From an uncultured Bacteroidota bacterium (GTDB taxonomy: Bacteria; Bacteroidota; Bacteroidia; Flavobacteriales_F; PHOS-HE28): a stretch of 64,000 nt of DNA. The stretch spans positions 68,667-132,666 of the forward strand of contig CADEDY010000004.1 of assembly GCA_902826215.1 (NCBI GenBank), in the 5' to 3' direction. The position numbers and the translations under genes are program-made. The notes under the pieces were generated by a model, which ran no database searches, was not told where the DNA came from, and worked only from the letters and a program-made list of their open reading frames with translations. Below, one piece after another: positions 34,398 through 44,911 of the stretch. The stretch's first letter is position 1; every line of letters begins with the position of its first letter.

Positions 34398-34515
34398 GGT
34401 GTACGCAATGAACGTTCGTTATCCGGGTGTCGAAGGTAGGGTCCGAGGTATGCGAGCACCTCCCGGGCCCTTTTCAGTTTTCAACACCCAACCGGGGTAT
34501 TGACTCACCGGAACC

Positions 34516-35769
34516 TCACCAGCGCGCTATAAGTGCACCTTTCAGCGCATACCAGAGGATGAAGAGGTAGCATGGTATCATGACCCAATAGGCCTGTTGC
34601 GGGCCGATCGACGCATGTGCCGAGAGTGATCCATATACCAAGGGTAGAATGGCACCACCCGCGATGGCCATGATCAGGAATGCACTTCCCGTCTTCGTAT
34701 GCACGCCCAGTCCAGATATGGCCAAAGGCCAAATGGCTGGCCATACCAATGCATTTGCCAAACCAAGTATGGCGATGCAGTACACGCTGATCGGGCCGTT
34801 CAAGAAGATCGCAGCGATCGTGAATACCACGCCTAGTATCGCTGAAGCGGCCAGTGCTTGGGATTGGCTGAACAAACGAGGAATACCAATGATGCCGATC
34901 ACATATCCGACCACCATGCAGCCCAAGGTGTAACTGGTCAGCACTTTCGAGGCTTCCAAGGACATTCCTTGTGACTGGCCATACAGACCGATGGTGTCAC
35001 CTGCCATCACTTCGACCCCAACATAAAGGAACAAGGCCAACGCGCCGAGCAACAGGCCAGGGAACGAGAATACACTGCGGCCGTCCGAAGTTGGAAGATG
35101 CGTATCCACCTCCGGATCCAATTCCGGCAGCGGCGAATAAAGCACCATGAAACCCAAACCCACCAGCACCACGGCCATGATGCCATAGGGCAGGATGACA
35201 CGAGACGCCACCTCGTCCAGGCGTGTAGCGTACGCGTCCGGTGTCAGCGAAGCCAACTCCGATTGGAGCGTATCGGCATCGCCAAGGAGGACGAACCCCA
35301 AAATGATCGGAGCCAACACACCGGCCATCTTATTGCAGATGCCCATGATGCTGATGCGAACCGCGGCACTCTCGATAGGACCTACGACCGTGATGTATGG
35401 GTTGCTCGCCGTTTGCAGGAGCGAAAGACCGGTCCCGATGACGAACAGGCCCACGAGGAACAACGGATACGATCGCGCCTGCGCCGCGGGGACGAATAAC
35501 AAGGCACCTAGCGCCATGGTAAAGAGCCCATACATCATACCGCGCTTCATCCCTGTTCGGCCAAGAACAGCGGACATGGGCAAGGCCGTCACAAAGTAGG
35601 CGATGTAGAAGGCGAAGGTCACGTAGAACGGTTCTGCCCCATCCTTCAACTCGCAGATGATCTTCAAATACCCGATCAATGGCCCGTTGAGCCATGTGGT
35701 GAAGCCGAACAGGAAGAACAACGCACCGAGCACGGCGACCGCCGCAGCGGTATGGGAAGAACGGGACAT
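34516..35769 (-). CDS. MFS sugar transporter (FHS family; fucose/glucose/galactose:H+ symporter-like)
   Basis: 12 TM. N-terminus FGFTTWLNGPLIGYLK and GxLxxxxGRK(R) motifs. Confidence 0.75.
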   Translation of the reverse strand: MSRSSHTAAAVAVLGALFFLFGFTTWLNGPLIGYLKIICELKDGAEPFYVTFAFYIAYFVTALPMSAVLGRTGMKRGMMYGLFTMALGALLFVPAAQARSYPLFLVGLFVIGTGLSLLQTASNPYITVVGPIESAAVRISIMGICNKMAGVLAPIILGFVLLGDADTLQSELASLTPDAYATRLDEVASRVILPYGIMAVVLVGLGFMVLYSPLPELDPEVDTHLPTSDGRSVFSFPGLLLGALALFLYVGVEVMAGDTIGLYGQSQGMSLEASKVLTSYTLGCMVVGYVIGIIGIPRLFSQSQALAASAILGVVFTIAAIFLNGPISVYCIAILGLANALVWPAIWPLAISGLGVHTKTGSAFLIMAIAGGAILPLVYGSLSAHASIGPQQAYWVMIPCYLFILWYALKGALIARW

Positions 35770-35861
35770 GGGGTGAAAGTACCGGGCCGCCAACTATGTT
35801 GCACGGCAGCCAGCCCAAGGTCGCGAACAGCGGTCTGTGAATGTCGGACGGCAGGTCGAAC

Positions 35862-36047
35862 CTACCAGTTCAACGAACGCTTGTAGTAGCGCGGAAAGCG
35901 GATGCTCTTTCGAACTTCCTTGTAATATTTCGCCCACAACGGCGTCGACAGGTCGTAGGCATCCTTGGTGACTTCTTCACCCTCCTCTTCGCGCACCAAC
36001 CGGGCCTTGGCAGTGGCGTTGTTGAATTCTGCACGCTTACGTTTCAT
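35862..36047 (-). CDS. Possible small basic protein (MKRKRAEFNNATAKARLVREEEGE...)
   Basis: Open frame only. Low confidence. Confidence 0.2.
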   Translation of the reverse strand: MKRKRAEFNNATAKARLVREEEGEEVTKDAYDLSTPLWAKYYKEVRKSIRFPRYYKRSLNW

Positions 36048-36152
36048 GCCTATAGGACAAGCTGTTCGGTGGAATTGTTGCCCACCGTTCCTCGTTCTGC
36101 ACGCGCCTGACACTTCGGTGACAACGACCGGTGATCCCTACATGCCCCACCT

Positions 36153-38618
36153 TTGTGTCCGATCCTCCCCACCGTGTTCGTAGATGTGATCCTTCCTTTG
36201 GCCGTTCCCGGCGCCTTCACCTACGCCATTCCAAACGACTTGGCAACGGTGGAACCTGGCATGCGTGTGGTGGTGCCGTTCGGTAGGGGTCGGAAACTTT
36301 ACAGCGGAGTAGTGCACCGTGTTCATGAGGAAGCACCTCCTCACCGGAACGTGCGTTCCATTCTTTCCGTGTTGGATCTCGCCCCCATCATCAGGCCTGA
36401 GCAACGTGCACTCTGGGATAGGATCTCCACGCACTATCTGTGCATGCTCGGCGAGGTGATGATCGCAGCGCTGCCAGGTCCGCTCACCCTTTCGAGTGAA
36501 ACGCGATTGGTCGCAGGCCCACACATTGCCTTGGATGTCGACCACCATGCTCGTGCCTCGGTGCTTCTGCAAGTTCTGGAAGAGCAGCAGGTGATCACCT
36601 TGCAGCAAGCAGGCGAATTACTGGGGCTGAAGGACCCCTTACCCGCTGTGAAACGCTTGATGGAAAGCGGTGCTCTGCACTTGGAGGAGCAGCTGAAGGA
36701 TGACTGGAAGCCACGCATGGCGACGTACGTGCGTTTGGTGCCGGAAGCAGCGAACGAAGAAGCCTTGCACGGGTGGTTCGACCGGTTGGAACGAGCGCCG
36801 AGGCAATTGCAGGTATTGATGCGTTTCGTGGAGTTGAGCCGTTGCCTCAGCGATTCACCGAAAGAAGTGGAGCGTGCCAAGCTGGTGCACGCCAGTGGAT
36901 CCACGACTGCCGTGGTGAACCAGTTGATCGAAAAAGGATTGTTGCAGCGCTACGAGCGAGAGGTCGGCCAACCCGATCCGACCGCTCCGCTCCTTTCCAT
37001 GCCGGATCTCTCGAGCGCACAGTTCGACGCATTGCTCTCGATCCGAAAGCAGTGGGATGCGCACGACGTGGTGCTACTGCGCGGCGTCACCTCATCCGGG
37101 AAGACCGAATTGTACATCACCTTGATCGCAGAAGCACTGGAACGCGGCGAACAGGTCTTGTACCTCTTGCCGGAGATCGCCCTTACCACGCAGATCATCG
37201 CCAGGTTGCGGCAGCGCTTCGCGGATCGTATAGCTGTTTTCCATTCGCGCATGGCACAGCACGAGCGCACCGCCTTGTGGATGCGATGCACGAAGGACGA
37301 CGGGCCAAGTGTCATCATCGGTGCGCGATCAGCACTCTTCCTTCCTTTCGCGGAACTCGGCCTGGTGATCGTCGATGAAGAGCACGACCCGAGCTACAAG
37401 CAGCATGATCCGGCCCCGCGTTACCATGCTCGCGACATGGCAGTGGTGCTAGCGGATCTACACAAAGCCAAAGTGCTCCTCGGTTCCGCTACACCGAGCA
37501 TGGAAAGTCAACACAATGCCCGTACCGGCAAATACGGGCATGTGGAATTGCTGGTTCGTTTCGGTGAAGTGCAGATGCCGGTGATCACACGTGTGGACCT
37601 GCGCGATTCGGCGAAACGGAAATTGATGCGTGGGCACTTCACGAGCACCCTGATCGATGGGATCCAGCAAGCCCTGGATCGGCGGGAACAGGTGATCGTT
37701 TTCCAGAACCGCCGCGGCTACGTGCCCGTTTGGCAATGCGAAACATGCAGTTGGGTGCCCGAGTGCGACCAGTGCGACGTGAGCTTGACTTATCACAAGC
37801 AGCAGCACCAGTTACGCTGCCACTATTGCGGAAGGCATTACACACCGCCGACCCATTGTGGAAGCTGCGGCAGCCCTCGTTTGCGCATGTTGGGGTTCGG
37901 CACCGAGAAGATCGAAGAGGAGATCGGCGAACTCTTCCCGAATGCGAAGGTGGCCCGCATGGATCAGGATACAACGCGGGGCAAGCATGCACTCGAACGG
38001 ATCCTCACCGCTTTTGGGCAAGGTGCGGTGGATATCCTGGTCGGCACACAAATGGTGACCAAGGGCTTGGACTTCGACCATGTTAGCACCGTGGGGATCC
38101 TGAATGCCGACAATCTGATGCGCTTTCCTGACTTTCGAGCACACGAGCGGGCATTTCAATTGATGGCACAAGTGGCGGGTCGTTCAGGGCGCCGGAAGCA
38201 TGCAGGCTCCGTTATCATACAAGCCCAGGATGTGCAGCACCCGGTATTGGAATTGGTCGTCCACCATGACGTGGATGGCATGTACGAGCGCGAGATCCAG
38301 CATCGCATGGCGCACGGGTATCCACCCTTCACCCGGTTGGTGCAATTGACCTTGAAGCACCGGAATGAGGAACGCGTTGCGAACACCGCCAGTTACTTGG
38401 CTGCGGCGCTGCGTGAAGGTCTCGGCGACAACGTGCTCGGTCCTGAGATCCCCATCGTTTCCAGGATCCGTGACAAGCACCTTCGACGTTTGCTGGTCAA
38501 GCTCGGGCGTTCGCAACACCATACAGCGAAGGCATTCGTTCGCGAAACCATCGACCGTGTCTTCGGTGACCCAGCGCACTCACCGGTGCAGTTGGTGACG
38601 GACGTGGATCCGATGTGA
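36153..38618 (+). CDS. priA: Primosomal protein N' (PriA helicase)
   Basis: 3'-DNA-binding N-terminus FVDVILPLAVPGAFTYAIP. Walker A TSSGKTELY. DEEH box IVDEEHD. Cys-rich zinc-binding insertion CETCSW...CDQC...CHYCG...CGSCGS. Confidence 0.93.
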   Translation: MCPILPTVFVDVILPLAVPGAFTYAIPNDLATVEPGMRVVVPFGRGRKLYSGVVHRVHEEAPPHRNVRSILSVLDLAPIIRPEQRALWDRISTHYLCMLGEVMIAALPGPLTLSSETRLVAGPHIALDVDHHARASVLLQVLEEQQVITLQQAGELLGLKDPLPAVKRLMESGALHLEEQLKDDWKPRMATYVRLVPEAANEEALHGWFDRLERAPRQLQVLMRFVELSRCLSDSPKEVERAKLVHASGSTTAVVNQLIEKGLLQRYEREVGQPDPTAPLLSMPDLSSAQFDALLSIRKQWDAHDVVLLRGVTSSGKTELYITLIAEALERGEQVLYLLPEIALTTQIIARLRQRFADRIAVFHSRMAQHERTALWMRCTKDDGPSVIIGARSALFLPFAELGLVIVDEEHDPSYKQHDPAPRYHARDMAVVLADLHKAKVLLGSATPSMESQHNARTGKYGHVELLVRFGEVQMPVITRVDLRDSAKRKLMRGHFTSTLIDGIQQALDRREQVIVFQNRRGYVPVWQCETCSWVPECDQCDVSLTYHKQQHQLRCHYCGRHYTPPTHCGSCGSPRLRMLGFGTEKIEEEIGELFPNAKVARMDQDTTRGKHALERILTAFGQGAVDILVGTQMVTKGLDFDHVSTVGILNADNLMRFPDFRAHERAFQLMAQVAGRSGRRKHAGSVIIQAQDVQHPVLELVVHHDVDGMYEREIQHRMAHGYPPFTRLVQLTLKHRNEERVANTASYLAAALREGLGDNVLGPEIPIVSRIRDKHLRRLLVKLGRSQHHTAKAFVRETIDRVFGDPAHSPVQLVTDVDPM

Positions 38619-39218
38619 TCAGTTCACGACAAATCGGCCATTCAGCCTTCTACCATCTGCAATGGCTTGATAGATGTAAACGCCTGCCGGCCAGGTTGCG
38701 GCGGGCACATCCAAACGACCACCTCGACCCACCACATCATGGACCAAGCGGCCTTGCGCAGACCAGATCCGAAGGACCACGCGCGTCTCTGGATCCACCC
38801 GCAACAACAAGGTGCCATTGTCGAGCATAGGAGACGGGAAGACCCGATGCTCAGCCATGAACAACCGCTTCAAGTCGATGCGTTGAATGGAAGAGAAGCC
38901 ATTCGTGCCCAGTTGCAAGCGATAATAGACGGTGGTGAGTTCGGGTGGGTCACTATCCTCGTGATGGAAATAGGTGGGCGTTGAAATGGACCCACAAAGG
39001 CCGCTGAGCGATCCGATCTCCACGAAGTTCAGGCTGTCCAGAGAGCGAAGGATCCGCGTTCCGTCGCAGGTATTCCCACTCTCCATGGTCCAATCCAAAA
39101 AGACCTGCCCATCGCCTTCCGTGATATCGAACCGGGACAGGTACGGATGCTCCTGAGCATGAACGACCAAACTTGCCCAAAGAGCTAGGGACAGAGTCCC
39201 GGTGCGCAGGTCCATCAT
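38619..39218 (-). CDS. T9SS-secreted hypothetical protein
   Basis: Signal peptide plus C-terminus ...WPAGVYIYQAIADGRRLNGRFVVN (T9SS C-terminal domain). Confidence 0.6.
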   Translation of the reverse strand: MMDLRTGTLSLALWASLVVHAQEHPYLSRFDITEGDGQVFLDWTMESGNTCDGTRILRSLDSLNFVEIGSLSGLCGSISTPTYFHHEDSDPPELTTVYYRLQLGTNGFSSIQRIDLKRLFMAEHRVFPSPMLDNGTLLLRVDPETRVVLRIWSAQGRLVHDVVGRGGRLDVPAATWPAGVYIYQAIADGRRLNGRFVVN

Positions 39219-39895
39219 GATCCGAAAGTGCTATTGGTGCGCTGTGCCATGAATATCTGCCAGATGGTCGTCAGTGGTGGTTCAGCATGACAGGTATTTC
39301 GGGTCGTACTTCCAGGCAACCAGAACGTTATCGATCGGGCATGTAGCGCAATGCTCCGATCCTTTTCGCCACGTCGGGCACCGTATTTCACATCACCCTT
39401 GATCGGAAACCCGGCGGCAGCGAGTTGCGCACGGATCTGGTGAAAAGCGCCACCCTCGGGCTTCAGTTCCAAAAGACTGTATCGATCACCTTGTGCCAGA
39501 ACGCGCACCTTCAGGCTTGCCCCTTCCTCATCGGAAACGGCCACTTCCTTCGCACGCGCCTTGTGCGCCTTGGCGTCGTGGACGAGAACGTGCCTCAGGT
39601 TCCGATCCCCAGGAAACCGGCCTTCTACGATGGCCCAGTACACCTTCTGGATCGTCCGCTCCCGGAACTGCGCACTCAACGTCGCTGTGGCGGCTGCTGT
39701 CCGCCCGAAGAGCATCACCCCGCTCACCGGTCTATCCAAACGATGGATCAATCCGAGGAGAGGTTCATTGCGCTGTGATCGCAGAAGGGTGAGCACATCC
39801 GGATCACCGGTCGGGTCGGGCTGTGAAGGCATTCCGCCGGGTTTGTATGCTGCGATGACCGTGTCATCGAACCACAAGACCTCAACCGCCCCCAT
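39215..39895 (-). CDS. RluA-family pseudouridine synthase
   Basis: Catalytic motif HRLDRPVSGVMLF with conserved Asp. Confidence 0.8.
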   Translation of the reverse strand: MGAVEVLWFDDTVIAAYKPGGMPSQPDPTGDPDVLTLLRSQRNEPLLGLIHRLDRPVSGVMLFGRTAAATATLSAQFRERTIQKVYWAIVEGRFPGDRNLRHVLVHDAKAHKARAKEVAVSDEEGASLKVRVLAQGDRYSLLELKPEGGAFHQIRAQLAAAGFPIKGDVKYGARRGEKDRSIALHARSITFWLPGSTTRNTCHAEPPLTTIWQIFMAQRTNSTFGS

Positions 39896-39900
39896 CCTAT

Positions 39901-40719
39901 TCAGTACTGCTCCTCTGCGTTCGGGAAATCGGTGGACCGCACATCGCGAACGTAGCTCGAGACCGCATCGGTGATCACGCCATGCAGATCGGCGTAACGG
40001 CGCAGGAACCGTGGATTGAACTCATGATTGATACCAAGCATGTCGTGCACTACAAGCACCTGACCATCTACGCCGCCACCTGCACCTATACCGATTACGG
40101 GTATGCTGACACTGCTCGCCACCTCCTTCGCCAATGCCGCTGGGATCTTCTCCAGCACAAGGGCGAAGCAGCCCGCTTCTTCCAGCAACTTGGCATCGGA
40201 CCGCAGGCGATCAGCTTCTTCCTGCTCCTTGGCCCGCACCACGTAGGTACCGAACTTGTAGATGCTCTGCGGGGTCAAGCCCAAATGTCCCATAACGGGA
40301 ATTCCGGCGGTCAGGATCCGTTGGATCGATGTGATCACTTCACGACCGCCTTCCAATTTCACAGCATGGGCACCGCTCTCCTTCATGATGCGGATGGCGG
40401 AATTCAAGGCGCCCTTGGAGTTCCCTTGATAGGTGCCGAACGGCAGATCCACTACGATCAGTGCGCGTTCGCTGCCTCGCACCACACCACTGGCATGATA
40501 GATCATCTGGTCCAGCGTGATCGGCAAGGTGGTCTCGTGGCCGGCCATCACATTGCTGGCACTGTCGCCCACGAGGATCACATCGATACCTGCACCGTCA
40601 ACCAGCCGAGCCAATGAGTAATCATAGGCCGTGAGCATGGCGATCTTTTGGCCATTCGCCTTCATCTCCTGCAACACGTGGGTGGTCACGCGCTTCACAT
40701 TCTTCAAGCTGGTGCTCAT
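39901..40719 (-). CDS. panB: 3-methyl-2-oxobutanoate hydroxymethyltransferase
   Basis: [10 protein letters not shown]...[15 protein letters not shown]...HAVKLEGG...[11 protein letters not shown]. Start at MSTSLKN (40719). Confidence 0.92.
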   Translation of the reverse strand: MSTSLKNVKRVTTHVLQEMKANGQKIAMLTAYDYSLARLVDGAGIDVILVGDSASNVMAGHETTLPITLDQMIYHASGVVRGSERALIVVDLPFGTYQGNSKGALNSAIRIMKESGAHAVKLEGGREVITSIQRILTAGIPVMGHLGLTPQSIYKFGTYVVRAKEQEEADRLRSDAKLLEEAGCFALVLEKIPAALAKEVASSVSIPVIGIGAGGGVDGQVLVVHDMLGINHEFNPRFLRRYADLHGVITDAVSSYVRDVRSTDFPNAEEQY

Positions 40720-40925
40720 AGGCTGGGCGCCGGTGTTGATGCACTGACGATGGGCCAAAACTAAGCGCTTGGTGACCGGAACAAGCGCTTCCAACGATTC
40801 TGAATTGCAATGTTGACGGTTGCTTTGGCATTCGAAGGAGCATCGGGCATGCTGAGCCTTCTATCTTTGGCCTCCTTCCCCCTATCAATGGTTCGGGAAG
40901 TGAACTGAAGTCGATCGAAACACGC

Positions 40926-42002
40926 ATGAAACGAGCCGCCATCATCATTGGTGCTGCCGCCACGCTTTGGGGCTGTAGCACGGATCTGGACATAAACGCA
41001 CCCTACAAGGACATTACCGTGGTGTATGGCCTGCTGAATACAAGGGACTCAGTTCAATACGTGAAGATCAATAAGGCCTATCTCGGCGAGGGCGATGCGT
41101 ATGTCTTCGCACAGATCCCGGACTCGAACGAATGGGGCAATTCGATCAACCTGGCCAAGGTTCATCGGGTAGTGAACGGGGTGCGTCAAGCTTCATTCGA
41201 CTTGCGCGACACGCTCATTACCAACCGCGAACCAGGGGACTTCTATTCACCGGAACAAACTGTGTTCAAGTTCGAGGATACGTTCCGGGAAACGGTCCTT
41301 CAGAATGGTCAGCCGGTTACTCTCTACTTGGATGAGGATGCGGACTATGAACTCGAGTTGGAGGTCAAAGGACAACCTGTTTCTTCCACGACCAGTATTG
41401 TGAACGACTTCAGTTTTCAAGCTGCGGATCAGAGCCTTACGATCCCAGTGAACCTGATGAACGGAAGCAATTACAGCAGCTTCGAACTGAACTGGAACAG
41501 CAACCGCGACGGTAAGCGCTATGTAGCCGAATACCGCTTCAACTACAAGGAGGTGCGAGGATCCGACACCACGGAACTACTGACCATCACTCAACGGCTT
41601 GGAACCCAAGTTAGCACGAGTTCGACCACGAACCAACCCATGGCCGCTACGGTGGAGGGCTTGCAGTTCTTCAATACCCTCATCAACGTTATCCCTGATG
41701 ATCCAACAGTCAGCAAAAGGATCTTCCTCGGATTGGATTTCGTCGTCAGCGTTGCCAATGACGAGTTCCATACCTACCTCACCTTGACGGAGCCCGTATC
41801 CGGGATCATCGAGGACCGCCCGACCTACTCGAACGTGACGAACGGATATGGGATCTTCGGTAGTCGATACAACAAGTACATCATCGGAAAGAACCTAGGG
41901 CCGACCACGATGGCTGAACTCGTTGACGGTAACATCACTGCCAATCTCCGGTTCTGCACAGCAATACCGATCGATGTGAACAGTCCGTACTACTGTCCCT
42001 GA
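40926..42002 (+). CDS. DUF4249-like lipoprotein
   Basis: Lipobox AATLWGCSTD. Length and composition are typical of DUF4249 proteins in Bacteroidota. Confidence 0.45.
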   Translation: MKRAAIIIGAAATLWGCSTDLDINAPYKDITVVYGLLNTRDSVQYVKINKAYLGEGDAYVFAQIPDSNEWGNSINLAKVHRVVNGVRQASFDLRDTLITNREPGDFYSPEQTVFKFEDTFRETVLQNGQPVTLYLDEDADYELELEVKGQPVSSTTSIVNDFSFQAADQSLTIPVNLMNGSNYSSFELNWNSNRDGKRYVAEYRFNYKEVRGSDTTELLTITQRLGTQVSTSSTTNQPMAATVEGLQFFNTLINVIPDDPTVSKRIFLGLDFVVSVANDEFHTYLTLTEPVSGIIEDRPTYSNVTNGYGIFGSRYNKYIIGKNLGPTTMAELVDGNITANLRFCTAIPIDVNSPYYCP

Positions 42003-42153
42003 CGATCTGTCCTTTTGGCAGTCATGAAGCCCGCTAGATCAGCGGGCTTCATACGTATTGGCAGTCCCCATGCCTCTGGAAGCCAATGGCATGGACCTTG
42101 ACAACTGCGGGCGTCGCCCGTAACAGTACGGGTTGATGAACGCAACAAAGAGC

Positions 42154-44067
42154 ATGAGCAAGATCATTGGCATCGACCTGGGAACCACCAACAGCTGTGT
42201 AGCTGTCATGGAGGGCAATGAGCCGGTCGTAATCGCGAACAGCGAAGGCAAGCGGACCACACCAAGCATTGTGGCCTTCGTGGAAGGTGGCGAGCGCAAA
42301 GTGGGAGATCCCGCCAAGCGTCAAGCCATCACCAACCCGACCAACACCATCTTCTCCATCAAGCGCTTCATGGGCAATACCTACGAAGAGGATGCGAAGG
42401 AGATCGCTCGCGTGCCGTACAAGGTGGTGCGCGGAGGGAATGGCATGCCTCGGGTGGCCATCGGAGACCGCGAGTTCACTCCGCAGGAGATCAGTGCGAT
42501 GATCCTGCAAAAGATGAAGAAGACAGCTGAGGATTACCTCGGCACCACGGTGACTGAAGCGGTGATCACCGTACCAGCCTACTTCAACGATGCGCAGCGC
42601 CAAGCCACCAAAGAGGCTGGTGAGATCGCGGGCCTGAAAGTGCGCCGTATCATCAACGAACCGACCGCTGCTGCCTTGGCCTATGGCTTGGACAAGAAGC
42701 ACATCGACCAGAAAGTGGTGGTGTTCGACTGCGGCGGCGGAACACACGACGTCAGCGTACTCGAATTGGGCGACGGTGTCTTCGAAGTGAAGAGCACCGA
42801 TGGCGATACACACCTTGGTGGCGACGACTTCGATCAGGTCATCATCGACTGGTTGGCCGATGAGTTCAAGAATGACGAAGGCCTCGACCTCCGCAAGGAC
42901 CCGATGGCCTTGCAGCGTTTGAAGGACGCGGCTGAGAAGGCCAAGATCGAGTTGAGCTCCACGACCAGCAGCGAGATCAACCTGCCCTACATCATGCCGG
43001 TGAACGGAATGCCCAAGCACTTGGTGCGCTCCCTCACCCGTGCCAAGTTCGAGCAATTGGCCGATAGCCTGATCAAGCGGACCATCGCCCCTTGCGAAAG
43101 CGCATTGAAGAACGCAGGACTGAAGGTTTCCGACATCGACGAGGTCATTCTTGTTGGTGGAAGCACCCGTATCCCTGCCATTCAGGAGGCCGTGAAGAAA
43201 TTCTTCGGTAAAGAACCAAGCAAAGGTGTGAACCCGGATGAAGTCGTTGCCATTGGCGCGAGCATCCAAGGTGGCGTGCTCACCGGCGAAGTGAAGGACG
43301 TGTTGCTTCTGGACGTTACCCCGCTGAGCCTCGGTATCGAGACCATGGGCGGCGTGATGACCAAATTGATCGAAGCCAACACGACGATCCCTACCAAAAA
43401 GAGCGAGACCTTCAGCACGGCGAGCGACAGCCAGCCGAGCGTGGAGATCCATGTACTGCAAGGCGAGCGCCCCATGGCGAACGGCAACCGCACCATTGGT
43501 CGTTTCCACTTGGACGGCATCCCACCTGCACCACGTGGTACGCCACAGATCGAAGTCACTTTCGACATCGATGCGAACGGCATTCTGCACGTTGGTGCTA
43601 AGGACAAAGCCACCGGCAAAGAGCAGAGCATCCGTATCGAAGCGAGCAGCGGCTTGAGCAAGGAGGACATCGAAAAGATGAAGAAAGAGGCCGAGTTGAA
43701 CGCTGATTCCGACAAGGCCGCACGTGAGCTGGTGGACAAGCTGAACCAAGCGGACAGCCTCATCTTCCAGACCGAGAAGCAACTGAAGGAGTTCGGCGAC
43801 AAGATCCCTGCAGATAAGAAACAACCGATCGAGGACGCCTTGGCCAAATTGAAGACTGCCCACGCTGCACAAGACATCGCAGGTGTGGACAGTTCCATAG
43901 CTGAACTGAACAGCGTGTTCTCAGCAGCAAGCGAAGAGATGTACAAGGCTGCCCAAGAAGCGCAAGCAAGTGGCGCTTCTGGAGGAAGTCAGGACAACAC
44001 CTCTTCCACCGCTGACGCCGAAGTGACCGACGTCGACTTCGAGGAAGTGAAGGACGACAAGAAATAA
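42154..44067 (+). CDS. dnaK: Molecular chaperone DnaK (Hsp70)
   Basis: [25 protein letters not shown] and the rest match Hsp70 throughout. Start at the ATG at 42154. Confidence 0.98.
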   Translation: MSKIIGIDLGTTNSCVAVMEGNEPVVIANSEGKRTTPSIVAFVEGGERKVGDPAKRQAITNPTNTIFSIKRFMGNTYEEDAKEIARVPYKVVRGGNGMPRVAIGDREFTPQEISAMILQKMKKTAEDYLGTTVTEAVITVPAYFNDAQRQATKEAGEIAGLKVRRIINEPTAAALAYGLDKKHIDQKVVVFDCGGGTHDVSVLELGDGVFEVKSTDGDTHLGGDDFDQVIIDWLADEFKNDEGLDLRKDPMALQRLKDAAEKAKIELSSTTSSEINLPYIMPVNGMPKHLVRSLTRAKFEQLADSLIKRTIAPCESALKNAGLKVSDIDEVILVGGSTRIPAIQEAVKKFFGKEPSKGVNPDEVVAIGASIQGGVLTGEVKDVLLLDVTPLSLGIETMGGVMTKLIEANTTIPTKKSETFSTASDSQPSVEIHVLQGERPMANGNRTIGRFHLDGIPPAPRGTPQIEVTFDIDANGILHVGAKDKATGKEQSIRIEASSGLSKEDIEKMKKEAELNADSDKAARELVDKLNQADSLIFQTEKQLKEFGDKIPADKKQPIEDALAKLKTAHAAQDIAGVDSSIAELNSVFSAASEEMYKAAQEAQASGASGGSQDNTSSTADAEVTDVDFEEVKDDKK

Positions 44068-44082
44068 GAGGCAGAACCAAGA

Positions 44083-44118
44083 AGGAAGCCCCGCTGCGGA
44101 GAACCGCAGCGGGGCTTT
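44083..44118 (+). terminator. Rho-independent terminator downstream of dnaK
   Basis: ccccgctgcgg-agaa-ccgcagcgggg followed by ctttttcatt. Confidence 0.85.
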
Positions 44119-44141
44119 TTCATTCTCGAATGATGGCGGGC

Positions 44142-44879
44142 TTAGTGGACCATGGCCACCTTTCCTTCTTCATAGTCCTCATGCCTCACAACACCGCCGA
44201 CAAGGTCATAGTAGGTCCAAGTTCCGATGCGTTGGGAATCCATCCGTCGCGGGTCGTATCGGGCACGGCCTTCGCACTTGAGCGCACCACCAGGGTGGAA
44301 TTCCTTCTGAACGAATTCGACGCGCTTCTTGTCGACCAATTGCAATTGGCTGACCGGCTTACCATCGGCGGCGAAGAGATCCATTCGGATGTAGTACGGT
44401 TCACTCTTGTGTCGCTCCTCGGCATAGCGCAATCCCCCATTCACATAGTGATCCTCATAGGAAACGGAAACGCCATTGACATAGCGCGTCGCGGAACGTA
44501 ACTGGCCATTGTCGTGGTAGGTGCGCTGCATGCTCTTCACGGCATCGATCGCCTTGTACTCACGTTCAATCGTCCCGTTCTTGTGATAGTTGCGGTAAAC
44601 GGTCAATTGGCCATTGTCATAGTAGCCTCGGTGCTTCAATGTTCCGTCCAAGTAATGATCTTCCACCCAGCCGATGCAGGGGTGACCTCCGCACGTTCGG
44701 ACAGAATCACCTCCCAGCGTTCGGTTCAGCGCCTCGTAGGCGAACAGTTCCGGCGATGGATCCTCACCCACATCGCCCATGGCGAAATGCTCGTCCTCGT
44801 TGATCAATTCAGGTTGGGCGATGGCGGGTTGAGCCAAGACCAGAAAGACCAGCAATGCGGTCCGGAAACAGGGTAACAT
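44142..44879 (-). CDS. MORN-repeat (YwqK-like) secreted protein
   Basis: Signal peptide. Repeated G.W..Y..NG.L...G.Y.NG...G-type MORN-variant motifs. Confidence 0.6.
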   Translation of the reverse strand: MLPCFRTALLVFLVLAQPAIAQPELINEDEHFAMGDVGEDPSPELFAYEALNRTLGGDSVRTCGGHPCIGWVEDHYLDGTLKHRGYYDNGQLTVYRNYHKNGTIEREYKAIDAVKSMQRTYHDNGQLRSATRYVNGVSVSYEDHYVNGGLRYAEERHKSEPYYIRMDLFAADGKPVSQLQLVDKKRVEFVQKEFHPGGALKCEGRARYDPRRMDSQRIGTWTYYDLVGGVVRHEDYEEGKVAMVH

Positions 44880-44911
44880 GGTCCGGTTGAACGGAACCAT
44901 GGCCTCAGGGG

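Noticed and set aside
42049-43872. 607-aa minus-strand ORF
   Set aside because: Shadow frame antisense to dnaK.
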